From assembly GCA_046538485.1 (NCBI GenBank), contig JBKHIT010000026.1:1-61583 (forward strand): a stretch of DNA of 61,583 nucleotides, written 5' to 3'. A model generated the notes under the pieces. That model saw only the letters and a program-made list of their open reading frames with translations. It was not told the origin of the DNA and made no database searches. Shown here in pieces: positions 52,801 through 61,322 of this stretch. Numbering within the stretch: position 1 is the stretch's first letter; each line of letters begins with the position of its first letter. Source of the stretch: Candidatus Brocadiia bacterium. Lineage in GTDB: Bacteria > Planctomycetota > Brocadiia > SM23-32. Made by a program: the position numbers and the translations under genes.

Positions 52801-53242
52801 ACTGGTGCTGGCCCATACCGGCCGCCATAGCAAAAAAGGTAAGACCGTCGGCGAACGCACGAAGTTCGGGACGATGTTCGTGCACGAAATTAAGTTCCGT
52901 TACCGGAATGCGTCCAAACCACTCATGGAAAAAGTGCTCGATTTCGGCTACGGCCGGGAAGACTGTGACGTTTTCAACTACTGGCAACCGGATTATCCCC
53001 TGTCGGTCAGCAGCGATGATGCCAAATCGATCGTCCTGCGCCGCGGTGGGGAAGCCATGATCGTTGTGGGGACCTGGAACGACAAACCGGAGAAGGTGAC
53101 TTTTGGTGTGAAAGCCGATGATTTGAAAATAAAACCAGAGTCGCTTGTGAATGCCGAGTCGGGAGATACCGTTCCGCTCGATGGTAATAAGTTTGCGCTG
53201 GATCTGCCGGTGTATGGCGTGCGCATTCTCCATCTGAAATAA
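49817..53242 (+). CDS. Secreted CBM9-like + DUF6067/GH123-N-like protein (paralogue 3)
   Basis: AGGAG RBS; signal peptide ending ARA; PPTIDGKIEDGEW; core motifs TEYDGCM, EERGMGWFADND, YWEEF, GLYFDN, HMTN, LDLEW. Confidence 0.78.
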   Translation: MKMESKRRWFVVSVFLMAVTVLNARAASDNIATVSRFETPPTIDGKIEDGEWNGAVRTTGFLSLKGNWLEKGMGAAYVGFTRKKLYVALVTELPPDQELGAGKTARDSKLIFQDSFELWLNPYKKTDKGWEAGGTYFQTMGISNGTISDTKFTGKGAPDKGWNGNWKFENGIHKKVEEGPSWAKRHGIWVAELSIPFADLGWEGDPTGRSIGVLICRNFKRAHGWKQPTWFPHKGSFASWFEYPEIKLTENAPSVQIEKLGEKVLEGQIQLRARIYNPGPKRKANVNLNITSSDMPGLKEEKTIDLPAEGSAAYEYKVSEGRLHATAQHRLGLEVASADGKSQYFKYFMRIKQRGDFWNVHMGPNPAAAVRLAYYPSYRFIRLRIDPTELEKEAVDIKKATVKLEDSEGEVLLEKPMEWEKAPAEEKFEVGKLPDGEYTAVIELANYDKRVFKRTFRRTHFVWENNRLGITKKVYPPFEPMEVEGDHVEVVMRRLKQDGLGLWSSVQARGNESSFRELLAAPMRFMVGDQPLEGKGEFTSTAAHKVVYEGEASHRAASVQTRCTTEYDGCMKVELTLKPGNDGEKLPSLSLDIPLRDEMVRLWHGTTTGLRRNPVGAIPEGEGRIWDSRDFPDGEWYGNFHPYLWVGAEERGMGWFADNDKGWVLKVEDGKFAPSQELIREDGVLIMRINLVQKPIELEGTRKIVFGLMASPGKPLPENWRKILFQRRYKDYPTIYWQGSTYWGCAESMSETYPLGGDMSTLNKMQEARLTGDRNVYRPFIGAWSKRHLEGEWPKSGRKLKTPEQAKKLAIHSIRHAASAGQNDFLNVYWEEFHGVSRNHPETQVFKNEWSGRYGYGGVHPLAPSYLDFQCWYGAEFIRRGIGLYFDNTFPKQGKDPVTTNAYRLPNGSIQASANMWRHREYLKRIWVLHQQLAPAKTKPIMMLHMTNSHVLPYMVFNQSNLDLEWFYGPDPQQSKYDHALLRAESLGRQTGSIPLVLAHTGRHSKKGKTVGERTKFGTMFVHEIKFRYRNASKPLMEKVLDFGYGREDCDVFNYWQPDYPLSVSSDDAKSIVLRRGGEAMIVVGTWNDKPEKVTFGVKADDLKIKPESLVNAESGDTVPLDGNKFALDLPVYGVRILHLK

Positions 53243-53390
53243 GAAAGCGGGTCATAAGAGAATATGTGACAAATCCTTGAAAATGAAGTCGGATCATCAA
53301 TCATATTCAAACGGTCATATTTAAAGGGATCACGCGATTGGAACCCCAAAAGCATATGCCGGGCCATTGGCCCTCAACAAAGTTTTGCAG

Positions 53391-53545
53391 GGGCTGAAAG
53401 CCCGATAGATGCCAGCCCAGGGTACAGTGGTCTGAAAGACCATCAAGCCCTGGGGATGAGGAACTTTGAGAGAGAATAATCTCTGAAGGAGCGACACAAT
53501 TATCCCGGTTCGAGACACAATTGGATTTTGGAATCGAATGAAAGC
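53391..53545 (+). repeat. Structured leader-region repeat, copy 2
   Basis: GGGCT-GAA-AGCCC hairpin and nested CCAGGG..TGGTCT-GAA-AGACCA..CCCTGG hairpins; similar to 49583-49732. Confidence 0.7.
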
Positions 53546-53595
53546 TCTGAAGAATCTAATTCTCATTCGCTCAGTCCACCGATAAATAACCAAAA

Positions 53596-56500
53596 ATGAG
53601 GAAACGAAGCATGACTTCTCCCAAACGCAAAATCTTTATTGCCGCATTGCTGCTTCTGTTGGTTCTTTCAGGAGTGGTGACCGGCTGGGATAACCCCAAC
53701 GAAAACTACCGCATCTATTCGCGCTGCTGGTACGAGTACGAGCCCGATAGCTATGCGGTGGGGCTGTTCCACTTGGGTGCCGGCGTTGACGCGGCGATGG
53801 AAAAGATCGAGGAGAGCCTGGGCGACCTCGACGAAGGCCCGGGCGGGGGAGAGTTCGGGGAAAAAATGGCCTCAGGGAAGAAAAAACCGGAGATCGATCC
53901 CAGATACGATACCGAACAACTGCCCGACGGTTCCGATGTCCCCGCCGCCGGGCTTGTCTGCCAGCCGTTCACGAAAGGCGACGATATCGGCCGATTTGAC
54001 GCGGGAATCCGGCTTGAGGGGAAAACCTCCGCCATCGTTACCCCCACTTACGGTAGCCTGAAGGAAAAAGGACACCTGGCCGTAGAAGCGTGGTTCAAAC
54101 CCGAGGAACTCGGCGGATGCCTGTTCTGGCTCGGCCACCGGCGCCGGAACGCTGTGTTTTCGCTCAATGTGAATGATACCGGGATCCTCAAGCTCACTCA
54201 TCCCGACGGCGAACTTTTCACGGATGAACCGGTGTTGACGAAAGGCCAGTGGCGCCACGTCGCCCTGGTCGTTGCACCTTCGGCTGCTGCCTTCCGGGCT
54301 TTTTACGGCACGCTGGAAGGGGGGAATGAGGGCCGCGTTCCCCGAAAAACCGGTCGTTTCCAGAGCGAACCAGCCGACCACGCGCCGGAACTGCGGATTG
54401 TTGTCGACGGACGGATAGTGGCCCGCCAAAAGGTTCCGGAACTCAGAAATTATGTCAAGCAGCTGAAAGGAAACGTTCTCGTCGGGAATGATCCCAAACG
54501 AAGCAACCCCTACCGCGGCGTGATCGACGAACTGCGCGTCTCGGATCGAGCCCGGAAATACTACCCATACGACCTGGCAAAGACGCGTCTTACGGCCGGC
54601 CCCGATTTTCCGCTTGGACAACCGTATTTGCGAGACGAGAAAGAACAGAAGGTTCACGTTTCGTTCAAAGAAGGTCTGATTCCGGTAGAAATGCAGGAGA
54701 AAGCGGCCGATCGATCGTATCCGGAGAAAACGGAAGCCGCCTTTGTCCCGGGCGTTCATGATCGAGCCGCTAAGACAGGTCCCAGGACACGCACGCCCGC
54801 CTATGGGTTCTCAGAAAAGTTTTCCGCGCGCTCGGCGACGCTTGAGTTCTGGTTCAGCCCCTACGATTGGGACAACGGTCTGGCGCGTCCGAAACCCGAA
54901 GGCAATGCGGAACAGCGGGTCGTGAAGTACCGCCCGCTGCGCGCCCCGTACCAGGTTGTTCCGCTTGTGGGGATCAGCAGCGGGGAATCCGGCAGATCCG
55001 ATAAGGAGCGCTGGCTGGTGCGCATCTCAGCCCACCAGATGTGGACCCCGCTGCGGCACCATACCCCTTCGACCCCTCCGGAAATGATTTTCCGTCCCGG
55101 GACCTGGTACCATCTGACTATCACCATCGACCACGGGCGGGTGAGAGTTTATGTAAACGGAGAACCGATTGACGGATATTTGCTCGACATCCAGACCGCC
55201 GCGGCTCCATCAGATCACACTCTCCGCAGAGTCGTCTTCGGGCGAGCGTTTCCGTGGAAGCGACGCCGCGCCTTTGCGCGGGGCAAGCAGAGTTTGATCG
55301 ACGAAGTTCGCCTCTATTCTCGTCCTCTCACGCCTCCTGAAATCAAGAATCTGTACGCGCGGTACATGCCGGAGGTGAAGGAACAACCGCTGCCGTTTGC
55401 CCACTCGGTTCTGAAGCTCCAACCCGTTCGGAGGAGAGCGGTGAGCGATGTTACATTGCTCGGGCCTGAGCGTGACAGAGTAAACATGATTCAGATGAAC
55501 GTGACGGATGCGAACGGCCAATTACAGCTCGAACGGTCGCTTCCGCCGCTGAAGGATGGACGCACCTGGGCGGTCAGCGACGGAGTCTTCGTTCCGACAG
55601 AAACTTTCAATACGACCTGGGTCTTCCGCGATAAAGATGGGGCGAAGCTTCACCGCCAGCAAAAGGGGCTCGAGAGACCCGAATTCGATCCCTACCGGAC
55701 CGCCGAGCAACCGCCGTTCAATCTGGCCTATTATCCGTCGATGAAAAGCGCCCGGATTCAATTCAATCCTGTCTGGGAGATGGGGACGATCCGGTCGGAC
55801 TTTCTGACGTCCGAGGACGGTCGGCTCGGTCTGGATGCCCATTATTATGCGGATCCTGCCTGTGAAGGTGATCCTGTCACGCGGCAGGTTGACCCGGAGG
55901 TGGGGTTCAAATGGAAAAATAGCCCGGCGCATAACATCTCCCCGGATTATTTCGGCGTAATCTGGACCGGCACACTTGGACCGATTCCGTACGAAGGTGA
56001 ATACCTCATCCGGACCGTTGCCGATTCCGGCACGCGCCTCTGGATTGACGGCGAGAAGGTGATTGATTGCTGGCCCGACGCCCCGAAATCGCCGAAAGTA
56101 GTTGAAATTGCGTTTGAGAAGGAGAGTCGCCACGAACTGAAGATGCAATACGGCGCTCGAGGCGGGGAGTCGAAATGTTACCTGGAGTGGCGTCTCAAAA
56201 ACCGTCCTCCCGCATCGAATCAAGATCCGGCCAGTATGCACGTTCTGAATGCGGAGGGGGAGACGCTGATCGACAGATCTGTTCCCATCGGAAAGTGGTG
56301 CGAGCAGCTTGTCGAGATCGGACCGGTGCCCGATGGCGTCTACAGGTGTGAGATCAAGATGCCGGGCGGCCGCAAGTATTACCCACGCTGGTTCGAAAGA
56401 CGTCATTTTGTGTGGGAAGAGAATCAGCTGGGAATAACCAGGAACGTTTATGCGCCGTTTGAACCTATCAAAGTGAACGAGGACGAGGTGGGCGTTGTCA

Positions 56501-58563
56501 TGCGACGCTACAGGGTGGGCGGACTCGGGTTTTGGAAATCTGTTCGGGCGAAAGGCAATGAGACGCCTTTTCGGGAGATTCTGGCGGCTCCGATCGTGCT
56601 TGAGATCAATGACGGTAAGGTGCTTGAGGGAAATGGGGAGTTCACGAAAACGGCCGCACACGAGGTGGTCTACGAAGGGACAGCTCAACATCCGGCCGTG
56701 TCGATCAACAGTCGTTGCATCACCGAATACGATGGTTGTATGCGTGTTGAGTTAACGCTGGAACCGGGGCAAGAAGGGCAGGAGTTGGAGAATCTGTCCA
56801 TGCGGATACCGATCAAAGATGAAATGGCGCCGCTCTGGCATACTGTGAAAACCCGCATCCGGGGCAACCCCGCGGGGCGAGCACCACGCGGGACGGGAAA
56901 AGTCTGGGATTCGCGCCGTTTCCGCGCCGGAGCCATGCCGGGAAATTTCCTGCCCTACATCTGGCTGGGTGCCGAGGAACGGGGGATTTGCTGGTTTGCC
57001 GACAATGAGCGCGGCTGGGTTCTCGACCGTGAGAACAAAGATCCCTGCCTGACCCTGGAACGGAACAACGGTGTTCTGAGCTTGCGGGTCCATCTCGTCC
57101 AGAAGCCCGTGGGTCTCAAAGATAAACGTCGTATTGTGCTCGGGATTATGGCGAGTCCCGGGAAACCTATGCCCGAGAACTGGCGCAAGGTTCTGTTCAG
57201 CGGGAGACGCCGGGGATTCAAGAGTATCGGGTGGAGCGGCAGCACGTACTGGGGTTGCGCTGAAACCATGCACGAGACTTACCCCTTGGGCCGCGATTTC
57301 GACGTTCTGAATAAGTTCCAAGAAGTGCGGCTGACCGGCAAGAAGGCGGGCGTTAATGAATTCAAGAAAGCCTGGGAACGACGTCATCTCAGCGATTACG
57401 AGCCGAAAGGGCGCAAACAGCCCGAGCAGATAATGGGGCTCGTGGACCACATGATCAATTTCTCGTGGCGGGGCCAGCCCGATTATCGCAACGTTTACTG
57501 GGAAGAATTTTTCAGCGTCTCATGGCATCATCCTGAGACTCAGATGTTCCTGGATGAATGGTATGGCGACAGCCGCTTTGGATTCCGGCCCTCGAAGAGT
57601 TATCTTGATTTCCAGTGCTGGTATGGTGCGGAATTTATCCGGCGGGGGATCGGGTTGTATTTCGACAATACCTTTCCGAAAGGGGCCTCAAATCCGTATC
57701 TGAGCACCGCCTATCGCGACGAACAGGGCCGAATCCACAACAGCGCGCGGATGTGGTGGCATCGGGAGTATTTGAAACGCATCTGGGTGCTGCATCAGCA
57801 ACTCGCCCCCGCGGCCACCAAACCGATCATGATGTTCCACATGACCAACAGCCACATGGTGCCGTACATGACCTTCGGCCAAACGAATCTGGATCTCGAG
57901 TGGCGGTACGGACCGCGCCCTGCGCAGGCGAAATACAGCCCGGATTTACTGCGGGTGGAATCGATCGGACTTCAGACCGGCAATATCCCGCTTGTTCTGG
58001 CGGATACGAAACCAAAAGTGGGCAATGTGCCCCCGATGCAGATGAAACAGGCGAACCGCACGAAGTCGGGCGTGATGTGGGTTCACGAGATACGTTTCCG
58101 CGGCGGTTCGAGAGCTGTTAACAGAAATATCATGGATTTTGGATATGGTCTGGATGACTGCAGTATTTTCAATTACTGGGATGCCAATCCTGTGGTGAAA
58201 ACCAGCGATCCTAACTGCAAATGGTTGCTGTTGAAGCGAAACGATAAATTGTTGCTATTGCTCTGCACGTGGGCGAAAAAGAAAAGCAAAGTTGATGTCG
58301 ATATCGATCTGGAAGCTCTGGAAGTCGATCCGTCAAAAGTGATTGATGTCGAACACCCTGAAGCCGATGAACTTGACAGCATGCTCGGTGACGTCGATGA
58401 TCTGGAAGGCGATGCTCTGGGCGACGGGATGGATGTTAAACCCGACGACAAACTCATCAAGTCCCCCAGCGCATGGCAGGGGAAAATTGAATTCAGCGCG
58501 GCGGAGGGAAAATTGAAAGTTCCGATTGATCGATTCGGCGTGCGTATGATTCGCCTCGAATAA
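53596..58563 (+). CDS. Secreted LamG x2 + PA14 + DUF6067/GH123-N-like protein (paralogue 4)
   Basis: Signal peptide; two LamG-like domains (VEAWFKP..WRHVALV..GVIDELRVS and LEFWFSP..WYHLTIT..IDEVRLYSRPL); PA14 (GLDAHYY, FGVIWTG, ADSGTRLWIDG); shared core motifs. Confidence 0.8.
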   Translation: MRKRSMTSPKRKIFIAALLLLLVLSGVVTGWDNPNENYRIYSRCWYEYEPDSYAVGLFHLGAGVDAAMEKIEESLGDLDEGPGGGEFGEKMASGKKKPEIDPRYDTEQLPDGSDVPAAGLVCQPFTKGDDIGRFDAGIRLEGKTSAIVTPTYGSLKEKGHLAVEAWFKPEELGGCLFWLGHRRRNAVFSLNVNDTGILKLTHPDGELFTDEPVLTKGQWRHVALVVAPSAAAFRAFYGTLEGGNEGRVPRKTGRFQSEPADHAPELRIVVDGRIVARQKVPELRNYVKQLKGNVLVGNDPKRSNPYRGVIDELRVSDRARKYYPYDLAKTRLTAGPDFPLGQPYLRDEKEQKVHVSFKEGLIPVEMQEKAADRSYPEKTEAAFVPGVHDRAAKTGPRTRTPAYGFSEKFSARSATLEFWFSPYDWDNGLARPKPEGNAEQRVVKYRPLRAPYQVVPLVGISSGESGRSDKERWLVRISAHQMWTPLRHHTPSTPPEMIFRPGTWYHLTITIDHGRVRVYVNGEPIDGYLLDIQTAAAPSDHTLRRVVFGRAFPWKRRRAFARGKQSLIDEVRLYSRPLTPPEIKNLYARYMPEVKEQPLPFAHSVLKLQPVRRRAVSDVTLLGPERDRVNMIQMNVTDANGQLQLERSLPPLKDGRTWAVSDGVFVPTETFNTTWVFRDKDGAKLHRQQKGLERPEFDPYRTAEQPPFNLAYYPSMKSARIQFNPVWEMGTIRSDFLTSEDGRLGLDAHYYADPACEGDPVTRQVDPEVGFKWKNSPAHNISPDYFGVIWTGTLGPIPYEGEYLIRTVADSGTRLWIDGEKVIDCWPDAPKSPKVVEIAFEKESRHELKMQYGARGGESKCYLEWRLKNRPPASNQDPASMHVLNAEGETLIDRSVPIGKWCEQLVEIGPVPDGVYRCEIKMPGGRKYYPRWFERRHFVWEENQLGITRNVYAPFEPIKVNEDEVGVVMRRYRVGGLGFWKSVRAKGNETPFREILAAPIVLEINDGKVLEGNGEFTKTAAHEVVYEGTAQHPAVSINSRCITEYDGCMRVELTLEPGQEGQELENLSMRIPIKDEMAPLWHTVKTRIRGNPAGRAPRGTGKVWDSRRFRAGAMPGNFLPYIWLGAEERGICWFADNERGWVLDRENKDPCLTLERNNGVLSLRVHLVQKPVGLKDKRRIVLGIMASPGKPMPENWRKVLFSGRRRGFKSIGWSGSTYWGCAETMHETYPLGRDFDVLNKFQEVRLTGKKAGVNEFKKAWERRHLSDYEPKGRKQPEQIMGLVDHMINFSWRGQPDYRNVYWEEFFSVSWHHPETQMFLDEWYGDSRFGFRPSKSYLDFQCWYGAEFIRRGIGLYFDNTFPKGASNPYLSTAYRDEQGRIHNSARMWWHREYLKRIWVLHQQLAPAATKPIMMFHMTNSHMVPYMTFGQTNLDLEWRYGPRPAQAKYSPDLLRVESIGLQTGNIPLVLADTKPKVGNVPPMQMKQANRTKSGVMWVHEIRFRGGSRAVNRNIMDFGYGLDDCSIFNYWDANPVVKTSDPNCKWLLLKRNDKLLLLLCTWAKKKSKVDVDIDLEALEVDPSKVIDVEHPEADELDSMLGDVDDLEGDALGDGMDVKPDDKLIKSPSAWQGKIEFSAAEGKLKVPIDRFGVRMIRLE

Positions 58564-58595
58564 CAACAGATTGCCTTTCCGACTCAATCACAGTA

Positions 58596-58629
58596 GTCCC
58601 TTGTGTCTCTTCAGTCCCTTCCGTCCGTT
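58596..58629 (+). repeat. 9-bp-period GTCCCTTnn tandem repeat (4 units)
   Basis: gtcccttgt gtctcttca gtcccttcc gtccgtt. Confidence 0.7.
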
Positions 58630-58721
58630 GTCATTTGTTTCACATGGCAAGTCCCGCCGATAGCGTATAAACTGTTGTCCTTTCCAAGTTCGGTTCGCTA
58701 TTAGAAGTGGAGCAACCTCAA

Positions 58722-59588
58722 ATGAAATTTGTGCCTTCCAGTGTGCTTGTCAACGATGCATTTGAGCGCGGATACGCTGTGCCGGCATTCTGCGCCTGGG
58801 ACAATTTTGTTTTTGAAGCGGCGTTCACCGCCGCATCGGAGCTTTCCGCTCCCATTATGACGATGCAGGGGCCCGGGTGGTTGAAAGTGACTGCGGCCGA
58901 TCTTATCGTGAATGTCGGAGAAGCTGTTCTGGATTGTTCTCCGGTTCCCGCCGCAATTCATCTCGACCACGCAGGTTCCATCGATCTTGTGAGTCGTTGT
59001 CTGAATGCTGGATACACCTCGGTCATGCTCGACTTTTCGACGCGGTCGCTGGAGGAGAATGTGGAAGGATTGCGGCAAGTCGTTGAACTGGCAGCTGAAA
59101 CGGGCGCGACGGTGGAAGGAGAACTGGGAGCAGTCGGGCGATTCAGCACCTCGGGAGAAAAAGGAGGGGAAGAGGAACTGACCGATCCCCAGGCGGCGGC
59201 GGAATTCGTCCAAGAGACCGGAATCGATATGCTGGCTGTTTCAATCGGCAACGTTCACGGAATTTACACCGGGTTGCCGGAACTCGATTTCAGCCGCCTG
59301 GAGCAGATCCGCCAGAAAACGGGTATTCCGCTTGTTCTTCACGGCGGTTCCAGCACGCCGGTGGAAGATCTCCAGAAAGTCATCTCGCACGGCATTTCAA
59401 AAGTCAATGTCTGCACTGAGTTCGTCATTGCCGTTCAGGACGCGATGCTGGAAGATCTTCAGAAAGACGACCGACCCTGGATGACAGGGACTATCAAGAA
59501 AGTAAGAGATCTGTTGAAGGAAGAGTTTAAAAGGTGGATAGTGGCCTGTAAGGCTGACGGCAAAGCCGAAGGGCTGGCGGGCTCGTAA
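58722..59588 (+). CDS. Class II fructose/tagatose-bisphosphate aldolase family protein
   Basis: IHLDH, GYTSVMLD, VEGELG, LAVSIGNVHG, LVLHGGS and KVNV motifs; ATG 58722 behind GGAG (alternative GTG 58707). Confidence 0.92.
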   Translation: MKFVPSSVLVNDAFERGYAVPAFCAWDNFVFEAAFTAASELSAPIMTMQGPGWLKVTAADLIVNVGEAVLDCSPVPAAIHLDHAGSIDLVSRCLNAGYTSVMLDFSTRSLEENVEGLRQVVELAAETGATVEGELGAVGRFSTSGEKGGEEELTDPQAAAEFVQETGIDMLAVSIGNVHGIYTGLPELDFSRLEQIRQKTGIPLVLHGGSSTPVEDLQKVISHGISKVNVCTEFVIAVQDAMLEDLQKDDRPWMTGTIKKVRDLLKEEFKRWIVACKADGKAEGLAGS

Positions 59589-59654
59589 AGATCTTTGTGT
59601 TGCAGAGCTTCAATTCCGGAGGCTAATCTGCTGTTTTATTCGCTACGAGAAGAA

Positions 59655-59688
59655 GTCCCTTAAGTCCCTTCTGTCCCTTACGTCCCTT
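59655..59688 (+). repeat. 9-bp-period GTCCCTTnn tandem repeat (4 units)
   Basis: gtcccttaa gtcccttct gtcccttac gtccctt. Confidence 0.8.
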
Positions 59689-59709
59689 CAACATTTCCTG
59701 TTGCGTTTC

Positions 59710-60504
59710 TCAGGGTGCGATGCTTTCCCCGCGAATTTCAGCCGCCGCCCAGACGAACCAATCACGACCGTAGGGATGGTAGGGAGCGTGGTTTCTATCG
59801 CCTCTGAGCGGACCCTGTCGACTCCAGATCTGCAGATCGATATCGGGGCCGAAAGCGCTTTTCAGCGATTCCACGCCTCCCTCAATTAGCAGCACGTTCC
59901 CCGTCCCGTCATGCGGAATATCATACGGCTCTCGCTGGTAGCCCCGCCCGCGGACATCGGCTGCCAGAATCCGCAGCCCGGTGTATTTAATGCAGCGATT
60001 GTCCGGGTCAAACCAGGTGACCCGAGAATACTGGTTCTGAAACTGTCGCAGGGTAGGGGAGAAGCCGACTTTGTCGGTTCCTGCGTACATCGGCAGCCAG
60101 TTGACTGTGTAATCGACATTCCAGGGATCTTTGCCATAATTTCGGCCGTGTTGTTTCCGGCCGGGACAGTAAAAGTTGTCCGATCCGGAAATGTACTTCT
60201 GGTAGAGAAGTCCCAGCCCCATGTGTTTCTTGCCCGGTTCGCCGTCGTTATTCCAGTTCCAGAGGGTATGGCACTGGGCGTTTCCCCCCGCATCATACCA
60301 GGGAAGTCTCTCATTATAGTCGTTGACATACATCTGGACGGCCAGTCCGATCTGGCGTTGCTGCGAGACGCAGCTGATTATTCGGGCTCGCGTGCGCGCC
60401 TGTTCCAGCGCGGGCAGAAGCAGCGCCGCCAGGATCGCAATCACAGCGATGACCACCAGAAGTTCTATAAGCGTGAAAGCATGATTGCGGTTAAAGTTGT
60501 CCAC
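59710..60504 (-). CDS. Prepilin-type N-terminal cleavage/methylation protein (DUF1559-like)
   Basis: [29 protein letters not shown]...C N-terminus; FYCP; C-terminal H-X9-EG variant ([13 protein letters not shown]). Confidence 0.9.
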   Translation of the reverse strand: MDNFNRNHAFTLIELLVVIAVIAILAALLLPALEQARTRARIISCVSQQRQIGLAVQMYVNDYNERLPWYDAGGNAQCHTLWNWNNDGEPGKKHMGLGLLYQKYISGSDNFYCPGRKQHGRNYGKDPWNVDYTVNWLPMYAGTDKVGFSPTLRQFQNQYSRVTWFDPDNRCIKYTGLRILAADVRGRGYQREPYDIPHDGTGNVLLIEGGVESLKSAFGPDIDLQIWSRQGPLRGDRNHAPYHPYGRDWFVWAAAEIRGESIAP

Positions 60505-60603
60505 TCTTAAACCTCTTCAAAGCACCGAAAAGCGATTTTTGTCTGTCAGTTTGTATTGTACCATTGCAGTTTCCCACATTAAAATGTATCTATTTGTTAT
60601 GAG

Positions 60604-60813
60604 GTGAGAATTATTCAGTGGTTATACTGGGGCGAGGAGACGAATGGCGCAACGAAATTCGAACCCATCTGCCGTCACGCCACGGAATGGGGCAGCCTGC
60701 CCGGTCAGTATCCCCATCCTCATCCGCTGACAGACTCGCGGGGCACCCGAATTTCCTTCACAGCTGCCCACCAAGGCCGTTCCGATGTTTGCGTTGTCGA
60801 TGTGGAGGACTGA
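60604..60813 (+). pseudogene. C-terminal fragment of an oligogalacturonate-lyase/TolB-like beta-propeller
   Basis: ICRH...YPHPHPLTDSRGTRISFT...GRSDVCVVDV resembles the final HPHP.F..DG..I.F.....G..DVYVV blade; no upstream gene body is present. Confidence 0.55.
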
Positions 60814-60904
60814 TTGGTGTTATCGGGGGATGTTTGCTCCAGTTTCTGGCGCAAACTGGAGGGGCGTTTATCGTGCGTTACATCAGCCTGTCCACACTCA
60901 CAAT

Positions 60905-61009
60905 GTCATTGTGAGGCGTTCCGCGGAGCGGGACCCCGCGGCAATCTCGCTGTTGGGCTGACAGAACGACGAGATTGCTTCGCCCATCTGGCGATGGGCT
61001 TGCGATGAC
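60905..61009. repeat. GTCATTG.GAG/GCAATCTC palindromic REP-like element
   Basis: GTCATTGTGAGG..GCAATCTC ... GAGATTGCTTCG..CTTGCGATGAC; related to 45677-45766. Confidence 0.75.
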
Positions 61010-61192
61010 CGATCAACCGGTATCTCCGGGCTAAACACGTAATCGGCGCTGGTTCTGAGTTTGTCCGACGTCTGTCTGGCGAAGTACGCGCGCGATGCGG
61101 TTCACTCAGGATCTGTATGCCTCCTGCCACTTTCCGGGAAGCCAAACGTATGGTATTTATGGAAAAGCGCTCAGACTCGCTTTGGAATTGCC

Positions 61193-61231
61193 AAAAAAAT
61201 AAAGCGGGCGGACCTGTAAGGTCCGCCCGCT
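61193..61231 (-). terminator. Rho-independent terminator
   Basis: Perfect 13-bp stem AGCGGGCGGACCT/AGGTCCGCCCGCT followed on the minus strand by TTATTTTTTT. Confidence 0.8.
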
Positions 61232-61322
61232 AAAAGTGCTGTCGGGGAGGGGGGCGCTCACCCGACAGCTCGCGGCGTCTTTAACATTTAGGGTGGGGAC
61301 GCCGCGATTTAGGGGAAATATC
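61193..61322 (-). ncRNA. Candidate three-hairpin small RNA
   Basis: Adjacent stems at 61270-61307, 61238-61269 and 61203-61231 (terminator); TATACT just upstream on the minus strand; no ORF present. Confidence 0.45.

Noticed and set aside
58596..59688. CRISPR array
   Set aside because: The repeats are 7-bp units with 2-bp gaps, far too short, and there are no cas genes. No regularly spaced 23-50 bp repeats were seen anywhere in the window.
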